63,725 nt of DNA, filler included, from an uncultured Methanoregulaceae archaeon (GCA_964530035.1; 4 parts of 4 records of this genome joined end to end with filler, not necessarily neighbours in it); one strand, 5' to 3'. Shown: positions 49,784-59,803, counted from the first letter of the whole stretch. Made by a program: numbers and translations. Notes: generated by a model from the sequence alone, not told the origin.

Positions 49784-50228
49784 TTCACACCCGTTCAATT
49801 CTCGTCGTAAGTATGGTTCTTCCCGTTTCTGTCAATAAGAAGGGTATTGGAGTATTTATGGGGGTAGGGTTTGTCACGATATCTTTATACCGTTTATAGA
49901 GGCTGTTGGAAAAAACATCCTTGTGTCTTCTTTAGCATCCTGAACAACACTCCTTCTTGCAAGGAAAACCCACTTCTATAATCGGGCCATTACCTTCGTG
50001 TCCTTAAGGCATGAGGTGGTAATCTGTTGAGTTGAACAAATGATGAGGGCACATACTGCTTTTTCCTGCATACTGCTCAGATGATTTGTTTTAATGGTTG
50101 AAAATCAGGAACAGGTTAAAAATTCAACTAGAATTGCAGGTATAAGATGTATGAGCGACTTCAACTTTTATAATGATGCGTTTCACTCTTTCAGGGATTA
50201 CAAAAAAGGTGAAAAAGAATTATTTAGC

Positions 50229-50789
50229 TTAATACAGCATCGTCACGCCGCTGATGCCGGCAGGGACCGTCCTACGGATGGCGAACGCCGCTCCGACCGG
50301 GGGCTTTACCTCAAGATTGAAGATGATACCGGGCCCGATAGAGCTTGTCGGGTGGGCAAATACCGTAAATTTCTCCTGTCCTTCGAGGAGGAAATTGGTA
50401 TTTCCGTTCAGCTGGTCGGAGATATTCCACTTACCGGCAGTAGCTGCGCCATCTGCAAGGGACAATGTTTCGACACTCGAGTTGGTGCTCCAGATCATGG
50501 AGGTCTTATTCATATCGATAGCCACTCCACCGGGAGCTAAGCCGAGGTCGAACCGGACAAGATTAATTGCAGAGTTCGTCCCGTCCTGGAACCCGTAGAC
50601 ATCCCCCTGGACTTCCATGTTGGAAGCCGCCTGGGTGACACCCGAGTGGATGACTTCCTGGCTTTTCTGCGTCGTGAAGAACCCGGCGCCGAGCATGACG
50701 TAGCTGAAGACTGCCGCAACGACCACGAAGGCGATCAGGACGATAGCCGCTTCGAGGCCCGTAAATGCAGAATCCTTTCTGTTTTCCAT
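50229..50789 (-). CDS. flaB: Archaellin, close paralog of 49220..49783
   Basis: DSA|FTGLEAAIVLIAFVVVAAVFS; co-linear and highly similar to its neighbour. Confidence 0.94.
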   Translation of the reverse strand: MENRKDSAFTGLEAAIVLIAFVVVAAVFSYVMLGAGFFTTQKSQEVIHSGVTQAASNMEVQGDVYGFQDGTNSAINLVRFDLGLAPGGVAIDMNKTSMIWSTNSSVETLSLADGAATAGKWNISDQLNGNTNFLLEGQEKFTVFAHPTSSIGPGIIFNLEVKPPVGAAFAIRRTVPAGISGVTMLY

Positions 50790-50972
50790 TTTCTACACCT
50801 CTAAGTACTTCACTGGATCCCCCAGTAAAGTTGTACTTGTGAGTTCTCCCTAAAGTTAATAAATGTATGCTTCAGTGACATGCATTAACGGGTGAGGTCG
50901 TAGGAACGCAGATAAATGGCGAATAACGACCTGGCGCAGTCAGAGTGCATCCGGGACAGGATCATCTCCGGG

Positions 50973-52064
50973 TCACAGGTCAGAATTCACGTCCTGGTTG
51001 TCAAGTTCCTTGCGCGCCTTGACACGGACCTCCCATTCTGGGTCTGACAACGCTTCTTCGAGTAATGTGTATGCATGCGGGCCGCCGATTTTTCCAAGCG
51101 CACCGACAGCCCTGATACGGACACCGGCATCATCGTCCTTCAGGAGAGGCGCAAGCCGGTCAACGATGCTCTCGTCCCCGATCCTCCCGAGTGTCTTTAT
51201 TGTCTCGCGCCTGACATACCGGTTCTCGTCAGACAGGAGCGGTATGAACAGGGAGAGGTCGCGGTTATACCCGCAGATCCTGAGGGCAATGACGGCACCC
51301 ATCCTGATATGCCAGTCAGGGTCCTGAAGTGCGGGGAGGAGCGGTTTCGGGTTGGTCCTGCCAATCGCCCCGAGCGATTCCGCGGCGCTTTCCCTGACGT
51401 TGCGGTCAGGGTCCCTGAGCGCGTCCAGCAACGGCGCGAACACCCCGGGGTCGCCGATCTGACCGAGTGACCATGCCGCAGCCTTCCTCACATACGCTGA
51501 ATCATCCCCGAGCCGTTCGATGAGGTACGGGACGGCACGACCATCACAGAGCTCGCCAAGGTGCCTGACCGACTCCTCTCTCACCTCCTCGTCAGGGTCT
51601 TTCAACCGTGCAAGCAGGGACTCGGTATCCGGAATATCTCCCGCTTGGGCGGCTAATCCCTCCCGTTGTCGTGCAAGCAGGTTTTTCAGCATCGCCTCGA
51701 CGAGGTGGCGGTCCTTGGCATACAGCACGACCGAAACAAAGAGCCCGATATCGAGCCCGGAATACAACAGGGAAAGGACCGGGTCGATGGGATACCCCGC
51801 GAGGGCAAGGAGGCTGCTGTTGATGAAAACCGCGAGGGCGAGCAGGATGGTTACCTGGAGACCACGCTTCGGGTACCAGAGTGAGACGAGGATAATCGGG
51901 ATCAGGTAGAGGTGGGGGAGGATCTGGTAGACCAGGAGGAACTGGGAACCGGCCTTGATATAGTAGACATAAAAGGTGATGACCAGGGATATGAGGGCGA
52001 GGACGCCGATGATGAACAGCTTGCCGATATCACCGTTTGCTATCCGGAGGATGAATGACCGCAT
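50973..52064 (-). CDS. N-terminal multi-TM domain fused to HEAT (PBS-lyase-like) repeats
   Basis: Repeated L.D.D..VR..A...LG.IG units. Confidence 0.88.
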   Translation of the reverse strand: MRSFILRIANGDIGKLFIIGVLALISLVITFYVYYIKAGSQFLLVYQILPHLYLIPIILVSLWYPKRGLQVTILLALAVFINSSLLALAGYPIDPVLSLLYSGLDIGLFVSVVLYAKDRHLVEAMLKNLLARQREGLAAQAGDIPDTESLLARLKDPDEEVREESVRHLGELCDGRAVPYLIERLGDDSAYVRKAAAWSLGQIGDPGVFAPLLDALRDPDRNVRESAAESLGAIGRTNPKPLLPALQDPDWHIRMGAVIALRICGYNRDLSLFIPLLSDENRYVRRETIKTLGRIGDESIVDRLAPLLKDDDAGVRIRAVGALGKIGGPHAYTLLEEALSDPEWEVRVKARKELDNQDVNSDL

Positions 52065-52154
52065 GAGATGTCCCGCTGAAACAGGTAATTATCGTCGGCG
52101 TGCAAAGGCCGTTTCAACGTTTGATACGACAGCTACAGGGAAAAACATGCCTGT

Positions 52155-53138
52155 TTACACATCCATACCGAACAGCTGAACCCGTACTGAGGACTCAATC
52201 TTGTCCTGTTTTTGCAGTGCATCCCTCTGGTGTTCAGGGGTTTCCCAGATGTAATATTTCTCGAGTTGCATGAACGAGATCCATTTTTTGGTTATCTCGA
52301 CTCCTGTCTGGTAAATGCGGTAATAATTGTCATCAGTTCCCGTTGCATCAGTATCCTGTACTTTCAGGTCTTTTAAGATCTGGACCATGACGTCGCCCAC
52401 CAGCTTCGTCTGGTACCAGAGGGACTTCATCCACCTGTTTGTCAGCATCTCCATGAGGTTGAGGTTCTTGAACTTCTTGAACTCGGGGATGTTGATCATC
52501 GGGTTAAGTTTCATCTCAGAGAGGACCTCTGCGAGGAGGAGATCGCGGGCGTAAAACATCGCGTTGTGCATGACGAAGTACCGTCGCGGGATGTAATCCT
52601 TGAAGGAAACCAGGTCATGCATGTCCCTCATGCTCTCCTTCATGAGGAAATAGACCTGGGCGCTCCTCATGACCTGGCACTTCCTTGAGATGACGATGTT
52701 GGCAAGGATGGACCAGGGAATGTCGGTAATTGTCTCGTGGAAGAGGAGATAGAGGTAGAACATGAGTTTTTTCTTCATCGCAAGGTCGAGGTGGCGCGTC
52801 TTTTCGTCCTTGAGAATGTCAAGGTAGATCTGCTCCATCCCGAGCATCGCACATGGAACATCAAAGGAGAGGACCTTGAAATTATTGTGGCCATGGGCCG
52901 TTCCGCGGAGGAGCAGGCGGACACAGTTCTGGCCGATGACAAAGTCCTTGAGCATCCCGATCTGTTGCGGGGAGAACACAAGGACGTTTCTCGGTGAATC
53001 GAAACTGTACTTGTCCAGTATCAGACCTTTGTGAGGGCAGTCCGGCTGACGCTGGAGATGGATCTCAAAGTCCAGCACATTTTCCGCGTGTTCTATCAAC
53101 TCCTTAAGAGACGATGAGATCTCATACCGTTCCTGCAT
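52155..53138 (-). CDS. Hypothetical protein (327 aa)
   Basis: Long ORF with protein-like composition; no motif recognised with confidence. Confidence 0.75.
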   Translation of the reverse strand: MQERYEISSSLKELIEHAENVLDFEIHLQRQPDCPHKGLILDKYSFDSPRNVLVFSPQQIGMLKDFVIGQNCVRLLLRGTAHGHNNFKVLSFDVPCAMLGMEQIYLDILKDEKTRHLDLAMKKKLMFYLYLLFHETITDIPWSILANIVISRKCQVMRSAQVYFLMKESMRDMHDLVSFKDYIPRRYFVMHNAMFYARDLLLAEVLSEMKLNPMINIPEFKKFKNLNLMEMLTNRWMKSLWYQTKLVGDVMVQILKDLKVQDTDATGTDDNYYRIYQTGVEITKKWISFMQLEKYYIWETPEHQRDALQKQDKIESSVRVQLFGMDV

Positions 53139-53269
53139 GGTAGGGCCCTCTGAACCTGGAAAACTGATACATAGGTAACCGGCAGCGGGTATATATCCTC
53201 TGTTTTTTCCGCCACATCAAGATTCATATAGTCTATCTGTCCAACATTCATCGTATTGAGGGAGTTTTT

Positions 53270-53653
53270 GTGCCTCCAACGGAACGGAAAGAATGGAGTA
53301 GGAGGGAACAGCTGCTGAACAAGGCTGATGCCCTTGCAATTGAGGCAGATCTTCTCGCATACAACAGTAAATATGAAGAGGCCCTGAAAAAGTATGACGA
53401 GGCGCTTTCCATTTATCCTTCAAACCCTGACCTGTGGGCATTCAAGGCTATCACCCTTCAGGGGGGGTTGAAAAGGGATGAGGAAGCGTTGAAGTGCTGG
53501 GAACGTGCGAAAAAGCTTGACAGGGTTGTAGCGGATGCTTTCACCGACAAGCCCGTCGAAGACAAGCCCCTTACCGAGGCTGACCTTGCGGGCCTCGCCG
53601 ATGACAGCTGCAGGGAGAAGATCAAGAAGCTGATGCTGAAAAGCAGGAAATAG
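53270..53653 (+). CDS. Small TPR protein
   Basis: YEEALKKYDEALSIYP...W..KA..L....RDEEALKCW. Confidence 0.75.
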   Translation: MPPTERKEWSRREQLLNKADALAIEADLLAYNSKYEEALKKYDEALSIYPSNPDLWAFKAITLQGGLKRDEEALKCWERAKKLDRVVADAFTDKPVEDKPLTEADLAGLADDSCREKIKKLMLKSRK

Positions 53654-53815
53654 TCCCACCAGGGATGAATACCTCCATTCTTAAGATAAACCCGCCCTTT
53701 TTTATTTTCGCCATTCCTGGTCAGTCAGGAGTGGGACGAGAGAAATTCGATGGCACCTCCTCCGGGATACCTTGAAATCTACGGAGTTCCTTAAATCAGA
53801 ACAGGAGGGTCTCGC

Positions 53816-54709
53816 ATTCCTGTAGTAACATTTGCTCACCACAAGGGCGGTACCGGAAAGACCACCTCGTGCCTGAGTATTGCCGGAAGCCTGCAAAAAT
53901 CAGGAAAACGAGTCCTGGTTGTTGATACTGATCCCCAGGCGAACGCTACGTCCGGTCTCGGGGTTGATCCAGTCACTACCAGGGAGACCATGTATGATGT
54001 CTTCATGAGTGGCATCGAAGGGTATCCCGTGAAAAAAATCAGTCAGATAATCATCAGGACGCAATCCGGAATTGACCTGGCCCCATCAACCCTTGACCTT
54101 GTCGGTGTTGAACCATTCCTTTACCCTCTCGAAAACCGGTACGGTATCCTGCGATCACAACTCGACGGCATCCGCAACAACTACGATTTCATCCTCATCG
54201 ACACACCTCCCTCGATGGGCCAGTTCGTCATCAACGGGCTTATTGCCGCGGACAAGGTTATCATCACTTTTGACCGGGGAGTCTTCTCCCTGCAGGGCCT
54301 TCATGCGATTGAGATGATTTTCCAGGATATCGCTGACATCATCGGTTCAACGGTCCATGCCGACCTCGCCATCCTGACGCGGTGGAAGGGGGGGTCGGGA
54401 CAGCAACGCGAAAACGGGTTCATCAGGATGTTGAAACGGTGGTTTCCTGATACGCCCGGAGAGGAATCATTTGAGGAGGACCGGCTCCTTCATGACGCCG
54501 AGGAATTAATCAAAAAGGAGATACCCGTCGTCTTCACCGTTCCCTACAGCCACCTGGTGTACGAGTCCCAGCGACTCGGGCTTCCCCTGTCGCACCTGTA
54601 TCCGGACAGCGAGGTAGCTCAGGCATATCGAAAAATTACGGATACCGTTCTCACCTGGAGCGGGATTGAAGCCGGCACAACTGGTAACATCCCTGGAGGA
54701 AAAGCCTGA
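53816..54709 (+). CDS. ParA/Soj/MinD-family ATPase (probable non-canonical ATT start)
   Basis: In-frame IPVVTFAHHKGGTGKTTSC...VLVVDTDPQANATSGLG upstream of the first ATG (53990); ILIDTPPS; GGAGG at 53804-53808. Confidence 0.85.
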   Translation: MPVVTFAHHKGGTGKTTSCLSIAGSLQKSGKRVLVVDTDPQANATSGLGVDPVTTRETMYDVFMSGIEGYPVKKISQIIIRTQSGIDLAPSTLDLVGVEPFLYPLENRYGILRSQLDGIRNNYDFILIDTPPSMGQFVINGLIAADKVIITFDRGVFSLQGLHAIEMIFQDIADIIGSTVHADLAILTRWKGGSGQQRENGFIRMLKRWFPDTPGEESFEEDRLLHDAEELIKKEIPVVFTVPYSHLVYESQRLGLPLSHLYPDSEVAQAYRKITDTVLTWSGIEAGTTGNIPGGKA

Positions 54710-56238
54710 TGCAGGAAAAGCTTGGCCGCAGGGCCTTGTTTATTGGTGTTTCAAGGAAGAAGGACGAGGTGGCACGCGAACCGGACCCCCTCAGAGAAGA
54801 CTTTGAACAGATACTCCGCACGCTTGATGCACTTGCAGAGGGGGAAGTATCGGCCCGGGCCTCCGGAATACCACCAGGATCGACGCTTTCACCTCTTGCG
54901 GAACGGCTTAACCACCTTGCAGCCAGGATCCAGTCTGACATGGACCTGGTTGCCCGCTATGAGAGCATCATCAAGACATTCCCCCTTCCCTGTGCGGTAT
55001 ATCGGCAGGACGGCAGTGCCGTCATAACAAACCGGGCATTTGATGAGCAGGCTGCCGATCTTCCTGCTCCCTCTGTAGAGGATATCCGGGAGGGTGCGGA
55101 TGGGGAGGAAACCGTCCGGACTGTAACCGGAGAGCTGCCCCCTGATGAAAAAGAACATCATTATCAACGATTCAGGGCCGCTGTCCCGTTGCCTGACGGA
55201 AGCTCGGAAACCCTCTTTGTCTGGGACAACGTCACTTCGCTGTATGAAAGGATCCATGAGTTGGAAAATTCCCGCAAGAACGATGAGGAAACCCGCGGAG
55301 TCGGGACATCGGATGAATATCCCGTGCTCCCTTCTCCTGCGGACACTACCGGAGAGCTACCCTCGCCAGAGCCTGAAGGGACACCCCCTGTCGGGGAGGA
55401 CAGCGCCGAGCCGGAGAGCCCGCCAGTACCTGAAGGGGAAAAGGGGTCTGAGGAAACGGCACCCACCCCTTCACCGGTCCTTTCAGACGAGGTGACGGAA
55501 GTCGTAAGCGGACCCGGGCCAGCTGATGAAGATGATGACGCTTTGCTCGTCGCTTCAATCCTGCAGAGTGCAGGATTTTCAACGGGTACAAAGGTGACTG
55601 TTCCGGAATCCCAGGACAAACCTGCTCCAGCAGACAAGGAACCCGGCGGGGCTGTCCCTGCGGAAGAACCTAAGGACGTGCCAGGGAGTGAAGAAAGAAC
55701 CCCTGGAAGCCTCCTGCCTTCAGAAGACTCAAAGGTTGGAGAGGAACAACAGATAGAAACGGAGATTGAGGTCGTTGAGTTTTCACTCGGTCAGGAGGCG
55801 TATGCCATCGATATCTGCCTTGCACGCGAAATCGTGGAGATGATGACCATCACGCCCATTCCGAGGGCTCCTCCATACCTGGCCGGGGTGCTGAACCTGA
55901 GGGGCGAGATAACCAATATCATCACCATTACGACAATCCTCGGTGTATCAAGCACATTTTCCGAGGAAGACCAGAAAATAATTGTCCTTTCTTCTGAAGC
56001 CGCAGGTGGGGAGAACGTTGGTATCATCGTCGATGATGTAAGGAGTGTCTCGCAGATCCCCAGGGAGCGGATAGAGCGGCTGGGTGAAGGGATTGGAGGG
56101 AAAACCCGGACGAATATCAAGGGGATCATAAAAAAGGAGGATAGGGACGGGGACAGGAACGACGGGTCACCAGAAGAAAACAACCTTGTCCTCTGGCTGG
56201 ACCTGAAAAAGGTCCTTCACGAGCTCATGAACCAGTAA
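54709..56238 (+). CDS. CheW-domain protein with long N-terminal extension and acidic Pro-rich linker
   Basis: C-terminal VVEFSLGQEAYAIDI...IPRAPPYLAGVLNLRGEI...GIIVDDV; start overlaps the ParA stop (TGATG). Confidence 0.88.
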   Translation: MQEKLGRRALFIGVSRKKDEVAREPDPLREDFEQILRTLDALAEGEVSARASGIPPGSTLSPLAERLNHLAARIQSDMDLVARYESIIKTFPLPCAVYRQDGSAVITNRAFDEQAADLPAPSVEDIREGADGEETVRTVTGELPPDEKEHHYQRFRAAVPLPDGSSETLFVWDNVTSLYERIHELENSRKNDEETRGVGTSDEYPVLPSPADTTGELPSPEPEGTPPVGEDSAEPESPPVPEGEKGSEETAPTPSPVLSDEVTEVVSGPGPADEDDDALLVASILQSAGFSTGTKVTVPESQDKPAPADKEPGGAVPAEEPKDVPGSEERTPGSLLPSEDSKVGEEQQIETEIEVVEFSLGQEAYAIDICLAREIVEMMTITPIPRAPPYLAGVLNLRGEITNIITITTILGVSSTFSEEDQKIIVLSSEAAGGENVGIIVDDVRSVSQIPRERIERLGEGIGGKTRTNIKGIIKKEDRDGDRNDGSPEENNLVLWLDLKKVLHELMNQ

Positions 56239-56277
56239 GCGGTACATGGGGCTGAAAATGGTACTTACAGGTCATGC

Positions 56278-57090
56278 ATGATACCAAAAAAGAACGAGGA
56301 CGATTTCCTGCAGTTAACGGCAACTATCCAGCGTCTTCTGGGGATACAGTGCGGCAATTACAAGGTGGACTACATCAAGCGGCGCATCTCATCGAGGATG
56401 AATGCGTTGAAGATACCTGGCTACGCCGATTACCAGACCTACCTCCTTGCCCACCGGGAAGAGCGGGACCTCCTGAAAAATGCCCTTACCATCAACGTCA
56501 CCAAGTTCCTCCGTGACCCCGAGGTATTTGAAATCATTAGAAAGGATATTTTTCCGACAATATATCGCCAGAAAAAGAGGTTCAGGATATGGTCCGCAGG
56601 GTGTTCGTCAGGCGAGGAAGCCTACACCCTTGCCATCATCCTGAGCGAGATGAAGGTACTCAACAAGGACATCGACCCCCTCATTTATGCCACCGACATA
56701 GACGAAGGGGTCCTGAAAAAAGCCAAGGACGGGATTTATGATAAAAGCGCCCTTGAAAACCTCTCCGAATACCAGGTCAAGCGGCACTTTACCCAACTGC
56801 CGGACGGGAAGTACGAGGTGAAACCGCATCTCCGGGAACTTGTCAGGTTTTCATGGCATGACCTCATGAAAGGGGTCCCGGTATCCAGGTACATAGACAT
56901 GATCAGCTGCCGCAACGTCACCATCTATTTCACCGAAAAGCAGAAGGATGACCTCGTGCGGATGTTTCATGATGGATTGTCCCCGGGAGGATATTATGTG
57001 ATGGGAATGTCGGAGTACCTCGGAAAGGAGGTGGACAACCTTTTTACCCCTTACAGGCCTCTCCAAAAAATTTTTGTGAGAGTGCCCTGA
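56278..57090 (+). CDS. cheR: Chemotaxis protein-glutamate methyltransferase
   Basis: LTINVTKFLRD, IWSAGCSSGEEAY, ATDID, CRNV.IYF. Confidence 0.95.
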   Translation: MIPKKNEDDFLQLTATIQRLLGIQCGNYKVDYIKRRISSRMNALKIPGYADYQTYLLAHREERDLLKNALTINVTKFLRDPEVFEIIRKDIFPTIYRQKKRFRIWSAGCSSGEEAYTLAIILSEMKVLNKDIDPLIYATDIDEGVLKKAKDGIYDKSALENLSEYQVKRHFTQLPDGKYEVKPHLRELVRFSWHDLMKGVPVSRYIDMISCRNVTIYFTEKQKDDLVRMFHDGLSPGGYYVMGMSEYLGKEVDNLFTPYRPLQKIFVRVP

Positions 57091-57145
57091 ACCCGTTCCT
57101 ATCTCAGAACACTTGTGATATTTGGCTGGGCAGCCCTGGTGGGGT

Positions 57146-57745
57146 TTACAGGATCCTCTCCTCGATGAGGACCGCGGCAGGCAGGCGGATAACAGCACTG
57201 GTGTGACGCCCGGGATAGATCTCTTCTGAAAGCCGGAGGGAACAGCGGTTGAAATCACCCCGGTCCATCTGGTCGAACCGTGACTCAGATGCCCTGTAGT
57301 AGGAAAGGATGATTGTCGGGATGTCCTGGCTTCCCGATTCCGACAGGATGGTCCTGAAAAAGGCATACCCGATTTCAGCCGGTATGAACACCGGGTGGTC
57401 ATCAATACGGATCCAGGTACCCTTGATGTCGATGATGGAAGGGGGGACAATGACCGCGTCAACCTCAATATCAAGGTGGTGGAGCCCTAACTCGGCAGTA
57501 TTAATGAAATTCGCAAGAAATTGCTTAAAAACAGTAATATCGGCCGCCAGCTCATGCTGGACGGACTGGATGGCACCATCCCGGTGGTAGTCAGGTATTG
57601 CGGGTTCATCCTTGATCTGTGTGATGAGTTTCCCGAGGTGGAGGAGACGGGCGGCCATCGCCAGGCATGTCCTGGACTGTTTCTGGAAGTCGGTCTCACG
57701 TTCATGGGTAACCAGCCGATACTCGTTCGTTCCGTTTTCGTTCAT
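57146..57745 (-). CDS. Hypothetical protein
   Basis: ORF fills the gap between neighbours; no motif recognised; start uncertain. Confidence 0.6.
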   Translation of the reverse strand: MNENGTNEYRLVTHERETDFQKQSRTCLAMAARLLHLGKLITQIKDEPAIPDYHRDGAIQSVQHELAADITVFKQFLANFINTAELGLHHLDIEVDAVIVPPSIIDIKGTWIRIDDHPVFIPAEIGYAFFRTILSESGSQDIPTIILSYYRASESRFDQMDRGDFNRCSLRLSEEIYPGRHTSAVIRLPAAVLIEERIL

Positions 57746-57746
57746 A

Positions 57747-57983
57747 TCAGGGTTTTTTCTCACTCATCAGGCTGGATACCGATTCCTTTCTTTTCAGGTG
57801 CCAATGCACCTCGGCAAGGAGCAGGATACAGTTGAAACCAATGACCATGATCACGAGAAGCAGGCTCACGAAGAGCATTGCCCCACGGGTCAGGAGAAAT
57901 ACCGCCCACAAGGTCGCAACAAAACAGATCAGGTAAAAGAAGACCCAGGTCCGGGATGAAAGCACATCCATTCTACCGTTCAC
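57747..57983 (-). CDS. Small two-TM membrane protein
   Basis: Two hydrophobic helices and a basic tail. Confidence 0.6.
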   Translation of the reverse strand: MNGRMDVLSSRTWVFFYLICFVATLWAVFLLTRGAMLFVSLLLVIMVIGFNCILLLAEVHWHLKRKESVSSLMSEKKP

Positions 57984-58096
57984 CGTGCCCTGTCATATTC
58001 AATATTCCATATGAATTTTTCTATGCGGAAAAACTGTGTGTTTCACCAGTATTTTAACATGAATGATACAACACGGTACTGCGAAGGTGAAATGAG

Positions 58097-58276
58097 TTGA
58101 CTGATAAGTATGTCTGCCTTGAATGTGCGTATGTGTATGACCCGGAAAAGGGTGATAAAACGCAGAATATACCCCCGGGAATTCCCTTTGAGAAACTTCC
58201 TCCGACCTGGCGCTGTCCTGAGTGCAAGATTTCCATCCAGAAGAAGGGCGTATTCAGAAAGCTCGAGCCGAATTGA
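58097..58276 (+). CDS. Rubredoxin (59 aa, TTG start; absent from the ORF track)
   Basis: [20 protein letters not shown]...[20 protein letters not shown]...; AGGTGA RBS 6 nt upstream. Confidence 0.92.
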   Translation: MTDKYVCLECAYVYDPEKGDKTQNIPPGIPFEKLPPTWRCPECKISIQKKGVFRKLEPN

Positions 58277-58345
58277 GACCCTCCGGCAGATACATTTTTC
58301 TTCCCTTCCAAGAGTATTAATACCCGGTTGAACAACTCCTTTTCC

Positions 58346-59005
58346 ATGCGATGGGGCATACTGATCGGTATCATGCTTATAGCCGCGCTCGTGATGACCC
58401 CTGGCTGTGTTACGCCCCAGAAAGACGGCACAAACAAGAGTACGTCATCAGTAGCAACCGAGACCCCCGGACCGGCGGTCACGGTGACCCCTACACCGAC
58501 TCCGCTTCCTCCTGAAGCAGGCTCTCTCCGCGAGGTGACGCCATATCGTGAGGCTTCAGCCGGCAGGTCCACCGGTGTTGCGCCGACACCCGGCTTGGAT
58601 ACCCCCGATGAATCCTATGTCGAAATATTCCATAACACGACAACGTTTGTACAGGGACCGGTTGCCTATGCCTATGACCTTGGGCAGCCCCCAATGATAA
58701 TAACGCTCCATATAACTCCAAACCAGACCGAACGGGACATTTTTATTACCAACAGGTCACAGTCCAAGAAAGGGGACGATGAGATCATCAAGGTGACTGG
58801 TGACAGTCCTGATGCATGGATGCTTGCAACGGTGCGTGACCTGAACACCGGGGCGGTAGTCCTTCAGGAAGGTTTTGGTAAGACGTACAGTTCTGACCGT
58901 GACCGAAGACTTGTCATCAGGACAAGCGGGGCGTACCAGATTGACTTTAACGGCGGTGCCATGAAACTTGACATAAGTATGAAGGTGAAAAGGACCAGTC
59001 CCTGA
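58346..59005 (+). CDS. Hypothetical lipoprotein with Thr/Pro linker
   Basis: Signal peptide ending TPGC, then TVTPTPTP. Confidence 0.75.
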   Translation: MRWGILIGIMLIAALVMTPGCVTPQKDGTNKSTSSVATETPGPAVTVTPTPTPLPPEAGSLREVTPYREASAGRSTGVAPTPGLDTPDESYVEIFHNTTTFVQGPVAYAYDLGQPPMIITLHITPNQTERDIFITNRSQSKKGDDEIIKVTGDSPDAWMLATVRDLNTGAVVLQEGFGKTYSSDRDRRLVIRTSGAYQIDFNGGAMKLDISMKVKRTSP

Positions 59006-59014
59006 AGACCTTCC

Positions 59015-59653
59015 CTATACTTTTTTTATAGTTCCGTTCCTGAGGTTTTCCAGTTCTTCAAGGTGGTTGATATTGGTAAAGCCGGTGAGATCCGGGTCGA
59101 AAACGCGGAGCTGGTCTACCGGGACATATCGGACGTTTAAATGGTGAATAATGTTTCTGAGAGAGAATACCTTGGTATTATCCAGGAACTGCCGTAACGG
59201 GACGGTCTGATAGACTGCATGGAGGGGTTCGTACATGGCCTTTTCCCAGCACGGCACGACCGCGTCATGACCCCTGATGCATTCAAAGAGGTAGTCAACC
59301 ACCTCTGCTTTTATACATGGCATATCGCATGCCGATACAAACACAAGGTCTCCTGTCACGGTCTGAATCCCTGAGTGCAACCCGCCTACAGGTCCCTGGC
59401 CAGGTTCCACGTCGCAGACGCACCTTACATTTGAAAACGATGTAAAGCGGTCACATTGTTCCGGGTCACGCGCAACAAGGATAATTTCATCGACCACACT
59501 TTCAAGTACCCCGATGAGGCGTTCGATAAACGTCATGCCTTCAAAACGGAAAAAGTACTTTTCCTTGCCTCCGGCCCGACGTGCCTCACCCCCTACAAGA
59601 ATGATGGCTGATCTTGCCGGCCGCCTGCCATCCTGGTGGGCCTGCCTGTCCAT
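59015..59653 (-). CDS. mobA: Molybdenum cofactor guanylyltransferase
   Basis: ILVGGEARRAGG.EK, GPVGGL, ACDMP, EPLHAVY, FTNIN; ATG 59653 with GGAGG RBS. Confidence 0.9.
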   Translation of the reverse strand: MDRQAHQDGRRPARSAIILVGGEARRAGGKEKYFFRFEGMTFIERLIGVLESVVDEIILVARDPEQCDRFTSFSNVRCVCDVEPGQGPVGGLHSGIQTVTGDLVFVSACDMPCIKAEVVDYLFECIRGHDAVVPCWEKAMYEPLHAVYQTVPLRQFLDNTKVFSLRNIIHHLNVRYVPVDQLRVFDPDLTGFTNINHLEELENLRNGTIKKV

Positions 59654-59803
59654 TCCTCCCCCTTTTGACAACCTTATCCTTTCTATTTTCTGAATTTTAG
59701 AAGCATTTCGGTTCTTATCACCATGACTTTCCATAAACCATGACCTGATACCTGTTCATGGGCTGAAGGCCAGGTCGTTGTCCTGTTCCGTGCTATGACT
59801 CTT

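Noticed and set aside
53750..53794. Sec/Pyl readthrough into parA
   Set aside because: The stop is TAA, not TGA or TAG, and the upstream peptide is not ParA-like
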